Positions 30,469 to 42,272 are shown, counted from the first letter of the stretch. The stretch is DNA of 64,000 nt from Thiopseudomonas sp. (GCA_018384595.1 JAHAYO010000009.1:11233-75232); one strand, 5' to 3'. Program-made: numbers and translations. The notes: generated by a model not told the origin, from the letters alone.

Positions 30469-30751
30469 GGCTTTCGACGCGCTCCCTCAGTTTTTGTCCT
30501 GGACGGAAAGTCACCACACGCCTGGCGCTAATAGGAACTTCCTCGCCGGTTTTAGGATTGCGGCCGGGACGCTGGCGCTTGTCACGCAACTCAAAGTTGC
30601 CAAATCCGGAGATTTTGACAGGCTCGTTATTTTCCAGAGACGCACGAATTTCTTCAAAAAACAGGTCCACCAGTTCTTTGGCTTCCCGCTTGTTGAGGCC
30701 CAGCTCGAAAAATAAGTTTTCGGCCATATCTGCCTTGGTTAACGCGCTCAT
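30449..30751 (-). CDS. ihfA: Integration host factor alpha subunit
   Basis: [26 protein letters not shown]. Confidence 0.96.
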   Translation of the reverse strand: MSALTKADMAENLFFELGLNKREAKELVDLFFEEIRASLENNEPVKISGFGNFELRDKRQRPGRNPKTGEEVPISARRVVTFRPGQKLRERVESHAGSQP

Positions 30752-30754
30752 GCA

Positions 30755-33133
30755 TCACGTCCTTAGGGTTGCCCCGAAGCTAGTTTGTAAGGCTTGCAGC
30801 ATCTGCTCAACGTTAGCGTTGATTTCATCGTCCGTAAGAGTGCGTGATGGATGCTGCCAGGTCAAGCCTAGCGCAAGGCTTTTGCGATCTGGCTCAATCC
30901 CTTGGCCCTGATACACATCAAACAGGCGCACATCATTCAACCAATCTCCGGCGTGCTCGCGCATGCAACCGGTAATCTCGGCTGCTGGCACGGCAGCATC
31001 CACAACCAACGCAAAGTCCCTGCGTACTTCTGGGAAACGCGACAGCTCTTGGAACGCAGGTAGTTTGCCCAGCTGGATGGCTTCCAATTCCAGCTCAAAC
31101 ATCTGTACATTCTGGTCGATATCCAGCTCGCTAGCGGTTTGCGGATGCAAAGTGCCCAGATGGCCAATTACCTGACCATCACGTTCAATAGCAGCACACT
31201 GGCCGGGGTGAAAGCCATCTTTTTGTGCCGGCTTAAAGCTGAAGGCATCCAGACTGCCGGCCGCAGCCAGCACAGCTTCGACATCGGCTTTCAGGTCGTA
31301 AAAATCAACCTTGTCCTTGCCATTGGCCCAGCCTTCGGGCAGGCGCAAGCCGGTGATAACACCCGCCAGCATCGGTTCCTGCTTTAAATTGTCCAACTGG
31401 CCAACAAAGCGCAAACCGCTTTCGAACAGGCGTACACGGGTTTGCTGGCGGTTCAAGTTATGTGCCAGCGCCTTGAGCAGACCCGGCAACAAAGATGAGC
31501 GCATGCAGGACAGATCAGCAGAAATCGGATTGGCCAATTTCAGCGGCGGCTGCTGGCTGAACAGCACATAGCTATCTTCGTCGATAAAGCTGTAGGTCAC
31601 CGCTTCCTGATAACCACGCGCCACCAGCAGGCGGCGCAGCAGCGGTAATTCGGCACGGGCTTCGGTCTTCTTTTGTGGCGCCAGACGTGCCGCCGGATAG
31701 CGCACGGGCAGGCGGTCGTAGTTGTACAGACGACCGGCTTCCTCGATCAGGTCTTCCTCGATGCTGATGTCAAAGCGGTGACTGGGTACGTCAACCTGCC
31801 ACTGCCCTGCTCCTTCGGCTTTGAGCTCAAGCCCCAGCGGCAGCAGCAGGCTTTCAATTTCGTTATCGGTCAGCTCAAGACCAAACATGCTGTTGACCCG
31901 CTCGGCACGCAACTTGACCTGCTGTGTTTGCGGCATGGCGCTGTCATCGCGGGCATCAATCAATGGCCCGGCCTCACCGCCGACAATTTCCAGCAACAGT
32001 TCGGTGGCGCGCTGCATGGCGCGTGCGGCCAGATCATAGTCCACACCGCGCTCAAAACGGTGCGAAGCATCAGTATGCAGCCCATAACTGCGTGCCTTGC
32101 CGGCCACGGCGATGGGGGCAAAAAAGGCACTTTCCAGAAACAGGTCTTTAGTGCTGGCGGTATCCACGCCGCTATCTTCACCACCCATCACGCCGGCAAT
32201 GGCCAGCGCCCGTTCGTGGTCGGCAATCACCAGCGTATCGCTGTTGAGCTTGACTTCCTGCCCATCCAGCAAGGTCAGCGGCTCGCCCGCCTGCGCCATG
32301 CGTACGCGGATACCACCGCGAATCTGCGCCAAATCGAAGGCATGCATCGGCTGCCCCAATTCCAGCATCACATAGTTGGTCACATCCACTGCAGGGTCGA
32401 TGCTGCGCACACCGCTACGCTCAAGGCGGGTTTTCATCCAGTCGGGCGTTGGGCGAGTCAGGTCAATATTACGAATTACGCGACCTACATAGCGCGGGCA
32501 AGCGGAGGGAGCCAGCAGCTCAACCGGCAACACCTGCTCGTGACTGGCGGAAATCTCTTTAATTTGCGGGTAACTGACCTCTGTGCTGTACAAAGCACCC
32601 ACTTCACGTGCCAGGCCAGTCAGTGACAGACAGTCACCGCGGTTGGGGGTCAGATCAACCTCGATGCTGACATCATCAAGATCCAGATATTCGCGCAGGC
32701 ACTGGCCCACCGGCGCATCCGCCGGCAGCTCGATAATGCCGTTGTGATCCTCGCTGATTTTTAGTTCTGCATCTGAACACAGCATGCCGAAGGATTCGAC
32801 ACCACGCAGCTTGGCTTTCTTGATTTTGAAATCGCCTGGCAATACAGCGCCCACTTTGGCAAAGGCCACTTTCAGGCCGGCACGGGCATTGGGTGCACCA
32901 CAGACCACATTGACCTGCTGCTCACCATCGCTAACCACGCACAGGCTGAGCTTGTCGGCATTTGGGTGCTGGCCGCACTCCAGTACCTCGCCGACCACCA
33001 CACCGGAAAACTCGCCAGCCACCGGCTCCACTGCATCCACTTCCAGACCGGCCATGGATAGCCGGGCCACCAGTTCGTCACGGCCAACTTGCGGATTAAC
33101 TAGAGTGCGCAACCATTGTTCACTGAATTTCAT
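30755..33133 (-). CDS. pheT: Phenylalanine--tRNA ligase beta subunit
   Basis: MKFSEQWLR, LTPNRGDCLS, RFERGVD, FPEVRRD; 792 aa. Confidence 0.98.
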   Translation of the reverse strand: MKFSEQWLRTLVNPQVGRDELVARLSMAGLEVDAVEPVAGEFSGVVVGEVLECGQHPNADKLSLCVVSDGEQQVNVVCGAPNARAGLKVAFAKVGAVLPGDFKIKKAKLRGVESFGMLCSDAELKISEDHNGIIELPADAPVGQCLREYLDLDDVSIEVDLTPNRGDCLSLTGLAREVGALYSTEVSYPQIKEISASHEQVLPVELLAPSACPRYVGRVIRNIDLTRPTPDWMKTRLERSGVRSIDPAVDVTNYVMLELGQPMHAFDLAQIRGGIRVRMAQAGEPLTLLDGQEVKLNSDTLVIADHERALAIAGVMGGEDSGVDTASTKDLFLESAFFAPIAVAGKARSYGLHTDASHRFERGVDYDLAARAMQRATELLLEIVGGEAGPLIDARDDSAMPQTQQVKLRAERVNSMFGLELTDNEIESLLLPLGLELKAEGAGQWQVDVPSHRFDISIEEDLIEEAGRLYNYDRLPVRYPAARLAPQKKTEARAELPLLRRLLVARGYQEAVTYSFIDEDSYVLFSQQPPLKLANPISADLSCMRSSLLPGLLKALAHNLNRQQTRVRLFESGLRFVGQLDNLKQEPMLAGVITGLRLPEGWANGKDKVDFYDLKADVEAVLAAAGSLDAFSFKPAQKDGFHPGQCAAIERDGQVIGHLGTLHPQTASELDIDQNVQMFELELEAIQLGKLPAFQELSRFPEVRRDFALVVDAAVPAAEITGCMREHAGDWLNDVRLFDVYQGQGIEPDRKSLALGLTWQHPSRTLTDDEINANVEQMLQALQTSFGATLRT

Positions 33134-33154
33134 GCTGTTCTCCTCAAGTCAGAA

Positions 33155-34171
<1,017 letters not shown>

Positions 34172-34194
34172 TTAACCTTGACTCCGGTGGAGAT

Positions 34195-34228
34195 GCTTGC
34201 AAAGCGCTCTGTGATGTTCTTTGCAAGC
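34195..34228. repeat. Inverted repeat upstream of pheS
   Basis: GCTTGCAAAG-N14-CTTTGCAAGC perfect 10-bp arms. Confidence 0.7.
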
Positions 34229-34258
34229 AGCTCTGATTGTGCTTTGGTAGAGACGGAC

Positions 34259-34364
34259 CCACGTGGAGTATGGGTTACGCAAACACGCCGCAAGTACATC
34301 CCTGTAGGCTCCAGCAACGCCATCCCTGGCGTTGCAAGGTTTGCTCCACCCATACTCCACGTGG
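34259..34364. repeat. 106-bp element with 17-bp terminal inverted repeats and nested hairpins (REP/MITE-like)
   Basis: CCACGTGGAGTATGGGT ... ACCCATACTCCACGTGG; inner GCAACGCCA-TCCC-TGGCGTTGC and TACA-TCCC-TGTA. Confidence 0.7.
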
Positions 34365-34432
34365 ACACCACATTCCGCGCTGTCCTCATTTACTCCGTCT
34401 GCGATACGTACGATTGAGAAATGAAGAGAGCT

Positions 34433-34470
34433 AAAACAAAATAAGGGAAGAGCCATGGCCCTTCCCTTAT
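34433..34470 (-). terminator. Intrinsic terminator after rplT
   Basis: ATAAGGGAAG-AGCCATGGCC-CTTCCCTTAT followed by TTTGTTTT on the minus strand. Confidence 0.75.
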
Positions 34471-34501
34471 CAAGCAATTCAGCGATAGAGCTGGAAAGAC
34501 C

Positions 34502-34858
34502 TTAAACCAAGGAGGCTTTGGCTTTCTCAACAATAGCGGCAAAAGCTGCTTTTTCGTTTACTGCCAGATCAGCCAGTACCTTACGGTCGATTTCAATGGA
34601 AGCCTTTTTCAGACCTGCAATGAAACGGCTGTAGGACAGACCGTTGATGCGGGCACCAGCGTTGATGCGAGCAATCCACAGAGCGCGGAATTGACGCTTA
34701 CGCTGACGACGGTCACGGTAGGCATACTGACCGGCCTTGATCACGGCCTGTTTAGCTACGCGGAATACGCGTGAACGCGCGCCGTAGTAACCTTTAGCCA
34801 GCTTTAGAACTTTTTTGTGACGGGCGCGTGCCTGTACACCACGTTTTACTCGAGCCAT
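34502..34858 (-). CDS. rplT: 50S ribosomal protein L20
   Basis: [29 protein letters not shown]. Confidence 0.99.
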   Translation of the reverse strand: MARVKRGVQARARHKKVLKLAKGYYGARSRVFRVAKQAVIKAGQYAYRDRRQRKRQFRALWIARINAGARINGLSYSRFIAGLKKASIEIDRKVLADLAVNEKAAFAAIVEKAKASLV

Positions 34859-34880
34859 TCTCTATTCTCCTCGACCTGGA

Positions 34881-35075
34881 TTAACGAACACGCAACATGC
34901 GTTCAACGTTGGCGACATCGGAAGGATGCACCTGGCTGCAACCGCGCAGCTGACGCTTACGCTTGGTGGTCATTTTGGTCAGGATGTGGCTCTTGAAAGC
35001 GTGCTTGTGCTTGAAGCCGTTGGCCGTAGCCTTAAAGCGCTTCTTCGCACCGCTTTTGGTTTTCATTTTTGACAT
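34881..35075 (-). CDS. rpmI: 50S ribosomal protein L35
   Basis: [19 protein letters not shown]. Confidence 0.98.
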   Translation of the reverse strand: MSKMKTKSGAKKRFKATANGFKHKHAFKSHILTKMTTKRKRQLRGCSQVHPSDVANVERMLRVR

Positions 35076-35156
35076 GTTTGAACTCCGCATTCAAAGGTAT
35101 AAACAACAGTAACCTTGGGGCCTGTCAACGCCCGGGCTGCAAGCAGCCGGTTGGGG

Positions 35157-35705
35157 TTACTTTTTCTTTTTGGGGGCGATGACCATGATCAGCTGGCGTC
35201 CTTCCATCTTAGGATGCTGTTCTACGGTACCGTATTCAACCAGGTCGTTTTCAACCTGTTTGAGCAACTCCATACCCAGCTCCTGGTGGGCCATCTCGCG
35301 GCCGCGGAAACGCAAGGTCACCTTGGCTTTGTCCCCTTCTTCTAGGAAACGTATCAGGTTGCGTAGTTTTACCTGATAATCCCCTACGTCCGTCCCTGGC
35401 CGAAACTTAACTTCTTTCACTTGGATCTGCTTCTGGTTTTTGCGTGCTTGCGCCTGCTGTTTTTTCTTTTCAAACAGGTGCTTGCCGTAGTCCATGATGC
35501 GGCAGACCGGAGGTTGCGCATCCGGAGAAATCTCAACCAGATCCAGCTTGGCCTCTTCGGCAGCGGCCAATGCTTCGTCAATCGAGACGATCCCGACTTG
35601 TTCTCCGTCTGCGCCAATCAGGCGAATTTCACGGGCGGTAATATTTTCATTAATCGGTGCCTTAGGGGCTGAACGTCTGTCTTGTCTCATATCTCGTTTG
35701 AAGAT
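35157..35705 (-). CDS. infC: Translation initiation factor IF-3 (start uncertain: ATC at 35705 or ATG at 35690)
   Basis: [38 protein letters not shown]. Confidence 0.96.
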   Translation of the reverse strand: MFKRDMRQDRRSAPKAPINENITAREIRLIGADGEQVGIVSIDEALAAAEEAKLDLVEISPDAQPPVCRIMDYGKHLFEKKKQQAQARKNQKQIQVKEVKFRPGTDVGDYQVKLRNLIRFLEEGDKAKVTLRFRGREMAHQELGMELLKQVENDLVEYGTVEQHPKMEGRQLIMVIAPKKKK

Positions 35706-35923
35706 TCCTCTCAGGATGTGGCTTTCGCCAAATTCGTTACAGTCTATAGAGCGGTCGCGTGAGCAGGCTTGCAACTGTAACGCCTTGTTTTACTTGTCCC
35801 GAAACCCTGCCTATCTCGATAAGGCAATGTCCCGATATAAAATGACTCGCGGATTTTATAGGCAAACGACTGATTACTCAAGCCGGATGTGGTTAGCGCG
35901 CGCAAAAGCTGTCCTTGTTTGAG

Positions 35924-35958
35924 CTATCCACACAGGCTGTGGACAACCCTGTAGACAA
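35924..35958. promoter_or_regulatory. Cluster of DnaA-box-like 9-mers
   Basis: CTATCCACA (35924), TGTGGACAA (35938), TGTAGACAA (35950) versus TTATCCACA. Confidence 0.45.
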
Positions 35959-36171
35959 GCTGGAAGCAGATTGCGCTACGCCACAGACCACCGTGTGTGC
36001 CACCGACTTGGCTGTTTTTTAACCACCCGCGTATTGGTTTGCTTTTCAACAGGTTACAACGTAAAACCCGCATCGCATACAGGGCATCAGCACAGGCTAA
36101 CAGCCACATGCGCAGCGTTCGCACCTGTTAGCAACCGCTGGAGCCAAGCCCGTCAGCCCCATCCAATTCTG

Positions 36172-37032
36172 CTAATCCTCATCACCCAGCACCGTGTTGC
36201 GGTCTAGGCCATGCCGATCCAGCGCCGTGCGTAGCGCGGTCAACGCGCGATTGCGCAGCTGTATGACCTGCTGGCGACTCATCCCCAGCCGCGCGCCGCA
36301 GGCCGGCAAGCTGTGTTTCTCCTCGCCCTCCAGCCCAAAGCACAGTACCAACACCTGTGACTGCATCTGTGGCAGGCAACCTATCCAGTGTTCAATTTTT
36401 TCCTGTAGCCGTTGGCGGGCCAGCTCATGGCAGGGAGACAGATGGCAGATGTGCTCATCCAGCGCGGGCGTCAAACCATCCAGCTCGCCACTGTAGTCTG
36501 CGCGCGGACTGAACGCTTGCATACTCTCTGGCAGGTCCTGTATCTGTTGTCGGCGCGCCGCAAGGCGCTGTTCACGCCGCTGCTGCAACACCAGCTTCCT
36601 AGGACGCGCCACCACCGACACCTGCTGCTCAAGCACTTGCTCCATGGCGGCGCGTATCCACCAGGTGGCATAGGTTGAAAAACGGCGGTCAAACGCTGGA
36701 TCGAATTTTTCGACCGCACGGATCAGCGCCAGATTACCGGCTGCCACCAACTCAGCATGCAGGGCACCGCTGCGCCGGTACTTTTTAGCGATGCTGATAA
36801 CCAGCCCCAGATTATGCAGAATCATGGCCGTGCGCGCCTGCCCATCCCCTGCCTGAACGCGACGGGCATAGGCCTGCTCTTGCTCACGCCCGAGCAGCGG
36901 CAGGCGCACAGCGCCGCAGCTGTAGCGGGGGCTGTCTTCGCGCAGCGCAAAGACTTGGTCCGCTATCAGCCATACCGATGATGAAAAAACATGTGTTGGA
37001 TAATGATGCAACGCAGCAGCTGAAGCTGGCAT
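36172..37032 (-). CDS. Diverged sigma-70-family factor at the rpoS locus
   Basis: GNLALIRAVEKFDP, RFSTYATWWIR, region-4-like CFGLEG...LGMSRQQVIQL; directly downstream of nlpD. Confidence 0.85.
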   Translation of the reverse strand: MPASAAALHHYPTHVFSSSVWLIADQVFALREDSPRYSCGAVRLPLLGREQEQAYARRVQAGDGQARTAMILHNLGLVISIAKKYRRSGALHAELVAAGNLALIRAVEKFDPAFDRRFSTYATWWIRAAMEQVLEQQVSVVARPRKLVLQQRREQRLAARRQQIQDLPESMQAFSPRADYSGELDGLTPALDEHICHLSPCHELARQRLQEKIEHWIGCLPQMQSQVLVLCFGLEGEEKHSLPACGARLGMSRQQVIQLRNRALTALRTALDRHGLDRNTVLGDED

Positions 37033-37102
37033 GGCGACGTCCTCCCTGACGTAGAGTGCGGGATGCAAAGCATCCCTGCTGGGTGTACTGGGGCCGGATT
37101 AT

Positions 37103-37942
37103 TTACCGTTTGGGCAAATACTGCAAGGGGTCTACCGGACTGCCCTGGCGGCGGATTTCAAAGTGCAGTTTGACCTGATCGGTGCCCGTCGAGCCCATCT
37201 CGGCGATCTGCTGTCCAGCACTCACCTGCTGGCCTTCATTGACCAGCAACCGGCGGTTGTGTCCGTACGCACTGATGTAGGTATCGTCATGGTTAATGAT
37301 GACCATTTCACCGTAGCCGCGTAGGTCGCCGCCGGCATAGACCACGGTGCCCTTGCTCGATGCACGCACCGGCTGGCCGAGGCGGCCGGCAATATCAATG
37401 CCCTTGTTCAGTGAGGAACCGGATGAAAAGCGACTGATCACTGCGCCCTCAGCCGGCCACTGCCACTTGCCAGCGGTAGAAGGCACCGCGGTCGGCTTTT
37501 GCGTGGCAGCCGGTTTGCTGGCTGGCGTGGTGGGCGTCGGTGCCGGTTTGCTCGCCGGCTTGCTGGCAGGCGGTGTGGCCGGTTTGCTGACCGGTTTGGC
37601 AACAGGCTTGGTAGCCACCGCCCTGGTAGAGGTCTTGCGCGATAGCTGAATCACCTGCCCAGGTTTAATGGTATAGGGCGCGGCAATGCCGTTGATGGCT
37701 GCCAGCTCTTTCCAGTCACGGCCCAGACGAAATGCGATGGAGTATAGAGTGTCCTTAGGCTGTACACGGTAGCTACCCGAGGTCACCGGACGCGCACTCA
37801 CCGTGCGACTGCCCTGAGCGTTGTGCTGACGGTCCACCACCGGCGCGTTACCACTGCCTGTACAGCCAGCCAGCAACAGAGCCAGCCCCGCAGCCATACA
37901 GCCAAAACGCCCCGCCCTTGCAAAGAGTGCACCCTTAGTCAT
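37103..37942 (-). CDS. nlpD: LysM/M23 lipoprotein NlpD
   Basis: Lipobox LAGC, LysM YRVQPKDTLYSIA, NKGIDI, LHFEIRR. Confidence 0.93.
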   Translation of the reverse strand: MTKGALFARAGRFGCMAAGLALLLAGCTGSGNAPVVDRQHNAQGSRTVSARPVTSGSYRVQPKDTLYSIAFRLGRDWKELAAINGIAAPYTIKPGQVIQLSRKTSTRAVATKPVAKPVSKPATPPASKPASKPAPTPTTPASKPAATQKPTAVPSTAGKWQWPAEGAVISRFSSGSSLNKGIDIAGRLGQPVRASSKGTVVYAGGDLRGYGEMVIINHDDTYISAYGHNRRLLVNEGQQVSAGQQIAEMGSTGTDQVKLHFEIRRQGSPVDPLQYLPKR

Positions 37943-37985
37943 CCGTTTTCCCGCTTCCTGTTATGTCAGAGCCGATATTATGAAG

Positions 37986-38945
37986 CTATTTGCAAGACTG
38001 GCAATCGGCGCTGGCCGCCTGAGCACTCGCACGATGGCGAGAGGCCAGATAGTCCAGCAACAGCACCAGCCCAAATCCCGCCATGGCCAACAGAATAGCC
38101 GTCAGCAACTGGGCATCTTGGCCAGTGGTTACCGAGAAATCCCAAGGCAGCAGGTTAGCCTGCTGCAACGGAATCGCTTCACCCTTGCTGTTGGTGTAAA
38201 CCGTCAGGGTTTGCTTCCAAGGCCAAACCTTGTTCAGTGAGCCGGCCATAAAGCCGGTCAGCAGCGCCAGCGTCACATCATGAAAGCGCGCCAGCGCCGC
38301 CCTAAGCACGCGGGAAAATGCCAGCAAACCAAAGGCACAGCCCAGCGCAAACACCGCCATGACACCCAGCTCTAGGTTTTTCACGGCCCCCAGAACAAAG
38401 TGATACAGCCCCATCAGCAGCAGCAGAAAGCTGCCGGAAACACCCGGTAAGATCATCGCGCAAATAGCAATGGCACCGGCAAAAAACAGGCTTAGGTAAT
38501 CCTGCCCCCAGTGCACCGGTGCCGCCACCGTGATGCACCACGCGCTGAGCGCACCCAGTGCCAGCGCGATCAGTGCAGCTGCATTCCAGCGGCGAATACT
38601 GCGCCCGACCAGCCCGCAAGACACTAGAATCAATCCAAAAAAGAAGGACCACAGCGCAATGGTCTGATGCTCCATCAGCCAGGTGATCAGACGCGCAAAG
38701 CTAAGAATACTGGTGAGGATACCGGCCAGCAGCACCAACAGAAAGTTGGCATGCACCAGCGCCCATGCCTCGCGCACGCGGCCCTTGAGCAGTAACAGCA
38801 CACCCTCGGGCATACGCGCCAAGGCTTCTAGCAGCTGCTCGTAAATACCGGAAATAAAGGCAATGGTGCCGCCGGATACGCCGGGCACTACATCGGCCGC
38901 CCCCATGGCCATGCCCTTGAGGTACAGCAACAGGTGTTTTTTCAC
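37986..38945 (-). CDS. DUF368 family membrane protein (undecaprenyl-phosphate translocase family)
   Basis: [16 protein letters not shown] and MILPGVSGS repeats; GTG start overlaps the pcm stop. Confidence 0.88.
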   Translation of the reverse strand: MKKHLLLYLKGMAMGAADVVPGVSGGTIAFISGIYEQLLEALARMPEGVLLLLKGRVREAWALVHANFLLVLLAGILTSILSFARLITWLMEHQTIALWSFFFGLILVSCGLVGRSIRRWNAAALIALALGALSAWCITVAAPVHWGQDYLSLFFAGAIAICAMILPGVSGSFLLLLMGLYHFVLGAVKNLELGVMAVFALGCAFGLLAFSRVLRAALARFHDVTLALLTGFMAGSLNKVWPWKQTLTVYTNSKGEAIPLQQANLLPWDFSVTTGQDAQLLTAILLAMAGFGLVLLLDYLASRHRASAQAASADCQSCK

Positions 38946-39610
38946 TGCAATGCTCCACTGAGCAGGGGGACAAACCGCACCGGGTCCAGCACCTGGCGTA
39001 CAAAACCATGCGGGGTATGCTCTATCAGGTACAGGTGCTGCTCGCCCTGCTCTTCGCCCACCGGAATCACCATGCGCCCGCCTGGAGCCAGCTGGTCGAG
39101 CAAGTCTTGCGGAATTTCGCGGGCTGCAGCAGTAACCAAAATACCGTTGTAAGGGGCCAGCGCGTTCCAGCCGGTCCAACCATCCGCCCAGCGGTACACC
39201 ACGTTGCGAATATTGAGCCGTTGCAGGCGCTCCTTGGCGCGGTCCTGCAGTGCTTGAATGCGCTCAACGCTAAACACCCGCTCCACCAGCTGCGCCAGCA
39301 CAGCCGTCTGATAACCGCAGCCGGTACCGATTTCAAGTACCTTGTCCAAAGGGCCGCCGGCCAGCAACAGCTCAGTCATACGCCCCACCGTGTAGGGCTG
39401 GGAAATGGTTTGGTTATGGCCAATCGGCAAGGCGGTATCTTCATAGGCGCGGTGCGCCAGCGCCTCGTCGATAAACAAGTGGCGCGGAGTGCTGCGGATC
39501 ACTTCCAGCACCTGCATATTGGTCAGACCCTCTTCGTGTAGGCGCTGAACCAGCCGCTCGCGGGTACGCTGCGAGGTCATGCCGATGCCGCTTTGCAACA
39601 GGCCGTTCAC
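38942..39610 (-). CDS. pcm: Protein-L-isoaspartate O-methyltransferase
   Basis: [30 protein letters not shown]. Confidence 0.96.
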   Translation of the reverse strand: MNGLLQSGIGMTSQRTRERLVQRLHEEGLTNMQVLEVIRSTPRHLFIDEALAHRAYEDTALPIGHNQTISQPYTVGRMTELLLAGGPLDKVLEIGTGCGYQTAVLAQLVERVFSVERIQALQDRAKERLQRLNIRNVVYRWADGWTGWNALAPYNGILVTAAAREIPQDLLDQLAPGGRMVIPVGEEQGEQHLYLIEHTPHGFVRQVLDPVRFVPLLSGALQ

Positions 39611-40356
39611 AGCAGGCCCTCCACCCAGTGCTGCACATCGTCCAAGCGCGCATGGAAGGTGCGATCCAGCTGCAACGGCGTCACCGTAACATAGCCCTGC
39701 TTGATGGCATGAAAGTCGGTGCCTTCCTCGCCATCCACTTCAAGGCCCACCGCCGCCAGCCAGTAGCCCGCTTTGCCGCGCGGATTGACGCTCTTGACCG
39801 GTGCCGCAGCGCGGGCGCGGTGGCCCAAACGGGTCAGCTTGATACCGCGAATTTCATCCAGCGGCAGATTGGGAATATTGACGTTAAGTACGCTGTGCGG
39901 CGGCAGATTCAGCTTGTGCTGGCCTTCAATAAACTGGCGGGCAAACCAGCTGGCCGTCGGCAAATGGGTGGTGTGACGCGACACCAGCGAGAAGGCAAAC
40001 GCCGGACGCTGCAGAAAACGCCCTTCCAGTGCGGCCGCCACGGTGCCGGAATAGAGCACATCATCGCCCAGATTGGCACCTAGATTGATGCCAGACACCA
40101 CCATATCCATGGGCTGCTGCAGATAGCCGTTGAGCGCTAGGTGCACGCAATCAGTGGGAGTACCGTCGACACTGATAAAGCCGTTATCCAGCTGCTGCGG
40201 ATACAGCGGACGGTCCAGTGTGAGCGAGCTACTGGCACCGCTGCGGTCTTGTTGCGGGGCCACCACGGTACAGTCGGCAAAAGCGGACAGCGCATCATGC
40301 AGGGCAGCAAGGCCGGGCGCATGCACGCCGTCATCATTGGCAATCAGGATTCGCAT
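39607..40356 (-). CDS. surE: 5'/3'-nucleotidase SurE
   Basis: [32 protein letters not shown]. Confidence 0.97.
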   Translation of the reverse strand: MRILIANDDGVHAPGLAALHDALSAFADCTVVAPQQDRSGASSSLTLDRPLYPQQLDNGFISVDGTPTDCVHLALNGYLQQPMDMVVSGINLGANLGDDVLYSGTVAAALEGRFLQRPAFAFSLVSRHTTHLPTASWFARQFIEGQHKLNLPPHSVLNVNIPNLPLDEIRGIKLTRLGHRARAAAPVKSVNPRGKAGYWLAAVGLEVDGEEGTDFHAIKQGYVTVTPLQLDRTFHARLDDVQHWVEGLL

Positions 40357-41398
40357 TCAGATCTGCCCCTTCCACAGGCGTCAATTCAACCAGCTCGCGC
40401 ACCACCGCAGTGGCAAAGCAGCCGGTTGGTAAAACAAATTCAAGTTGCAGACAGTCGGTCTGCGGCCAACTCCAGCGCAGCGCTTGCACCGGCAGACGCA
40501 AAATACGCCGCTCTTGCTGCAGCCCGGCTTGCTCCAGCCAGCGGCACAGGTCTGGCTCACCTGCTGCTACTGCAAGCTCCAGCGCACGGGTTTCACCCTG
40601 CACCGGCAACTCCCCTGCGCCCCACAGCGCTGCCGTAGCATGCAAATCTAGTTCAGCCAGCCGTGGATCATCACACTCCGCATCACCGGCCATAAAAAAG
40701 CTGCGGCTTTGGGTAAACGACAGCGCATCACCCGGCACCGCACGGTTCCAACTGCCGGCAGCCACTCGCTGCGCCAGTATGCGGTTAAACAGCAGGCTGC
40801 GCGCGCTGGACAACAGGCGCGAGCGCAGATTGCGCCGTTCCGGCAATTGGGCGAGCTGTGCATAATGCCGTGCCTGCAACACATTCTGGCCAGCATGGCC
40901 AAAACGCTGCGGGCCATAATAGTTGGGTACGCCGGCCACGGCAATCTGTTGCAGGCGCTGCGCCAGCGCGGCGGCATCACCGCTAAAACGACTGAGCTGT
41001 AGCACAAAACCGTTGGCACTGTGTGCCCCACGCTGCAGTTTGCGGCTATGGCGTACCGCCTGCAAAACTCGCAACTGCGGATGCGAAAAAGCCGTCACAT
41101 CCAGCTCGCGTCCCGGCAGGTGCAGGCTGATCCACTGGCGGGTCAACGCCATGCGGTCCTTAAGACCGGCATAGCTAATCTGGCGCTGCGCAACACCCAA
41201 TGCTTTCGACAGGATGCGCACTGCTTCTTCTGTATTGAGCTCGCGCTTTTCCAGCCACAGCCACAGGTGCTCGCCGCTGCCGCTCAGCGGAATATCCAGC
41301 ACTTCATTGACCTGAAAATCTTCGGCGCTGGCCTTGAGCACTGCACGGCCGCAGGGCGCACCCCAGGCCGTTGGCCCTAGCAGTTCGGATTCGCTCAT
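40334..41398 (-). CDS. truD: tRNA pseudouridine(13) synthase
   Basis: [37 protein letters not shown]. Confidence 0.96.
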   Translation of the reverse strand: MSESELLGPTAWGAPCGRAVLKASAEDFQVNEVLDIPLSGSGEHLWLWLEKRELNTEEAVRILSKALGVAQRQISYAGLKDRMALTRQWISLHLPGRELDVTAFSHPQLRVLQAVRHSRKLQRGAHSANGFVLQLSRFSGDAAALAQRLQQIAVAGVPNYYGPQRFGHAGQNVLQARHYAQLAQLPERRNLRSRLLSSARSLLFNRILAQRVAAGSWNRAVPGDALSFTQSRSFFMAGDAECDDPRLAELDLHATAALWGAGELPVQGETRALELAVAAGEPDLCRWLEQAGLQQERRILRLPVQALRWSWPQTDCLQLEFVLPTGCFATAVVRELVELTPVEGADLNANPDCQ

Positions 41399-41871
41399 TC
41401 GTGTTCCAGCAGCACCACAGCATGGGCTGCAATACCTTCTTTGCGGCCGACAAACCCTAAGGTTTCCGTGGTAGTCGCCTTGACATTGACCTGCTCTTCG
41501 CTGACCTGCAGTACCTGAGCAATCGCGCTACGCATGGCTTCGATATGCGGTGCCAGTTTTGGCGCTTGGGCCAAAACCGTGCTGTCCAGATTAACCACTC
41601 GCCAGCCACGGGCCTCTGCCATGCTCATCACGGCGCGCAATAACTGGCGGCTATCCGCCCCCTTAAAGCGCGGATCAGTGTCGGGAAAATGACGGCCAAT
41701 ATCACCCAAGCCCAACGCACCCAGCAACGCATCACAGATAGCATGCAGCAGCACATCGCCATCGGAATGGGCCACAAACGCCTGATCATGGGCAATACGC
41801 ACGCCGCCTAACGTAATGTGATCGCCCTCCTGAAAACGGTGCACATCGTAACCGTGACCTATACGTATCAT
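41395..41871 (-). CDS. ispF: 2-C-methyl-D-erythritol 2,4-cyclodiphosphate synthase
   Basis: [25 protein letters not shown]. Confidence 0.98.
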   Translation of the reverse strand: MIRIGHGYDVHRFQEGDHITLGGVRIAHDQAFVAHSDGDVLLHAICDALLGALGLGDIGRHFPDTDPRFKGADSRQLLRAVMSMAEARGWRVVNLDSTVLAQAPKLAPHIEAMRSAIAQVLQVSEEQVNVKATTTETLGFVGRKEGIAAHAVVLLEHE

Positions 41872-41888
41872 GGTGCAAGCCTCCGCGT

Positions 41889-42272
41889 TCAGGATGCCAT
41901 ATTCTGCGGCGCAAAGCGCCCGTCCAGATACTCAATAATCGCCGACGACTCGTACAACCACTGCACGCCGCCGTCCACTTCGATACGCAGGCAGGGCACC
42001 TGCTTTTTGCCGCCCTGCTCTAGCAGTTCTTCACGCGCCGCTGTGCCCTGTCCGGCTTCAATCAGCGCAACCGGCACATTGAGCCAATGCAGGTGGCGAC
42101 GCACCTTGACGCAAAACGGGCAGGCATTGAACTGGTACAACTTCAATTCACTGGCCTGTTCATCCACCCACTGCTGCTGTTCGGCTGTACGCACCACCTT
42201 TTTAGGCAAGGTCAGCCAGTTGGCAAACACAATCAACATGCCCAGCCCGTTACGCAATGCCTTGATCAGCAT
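41889..42272 (-). CDS. Glutaredoxin/GST N-terminal-like protein
   Basis: [29 protein letters not shown]. Confidence 0.88.
   Translation of the reverse strand: MLIKALRNGLGMLIVFANWLTLPKKVVRTAEQQQWVDEQASELKLYQFNACPFCVKVRRHLHWLNVPVALIEAGQGTAAREELLEQGGKKQVPCLRIEVDGGVQWLYESSAIIEYLDGRFAPQNMAS

Noticed and set aside
34172-34477. ORFs of 65-113 aa in the rplT-pheS gap (possible pheM leader)
   Set aside because: No Phe-codon run or RBS; these are open frames arising from the palindromic element.
37480-37630. Repetitive KPA/KPV-coding stretch in nlpD
   Set aside because: Ordinary Pro/Ala/Lys linker of NlpD proteins.
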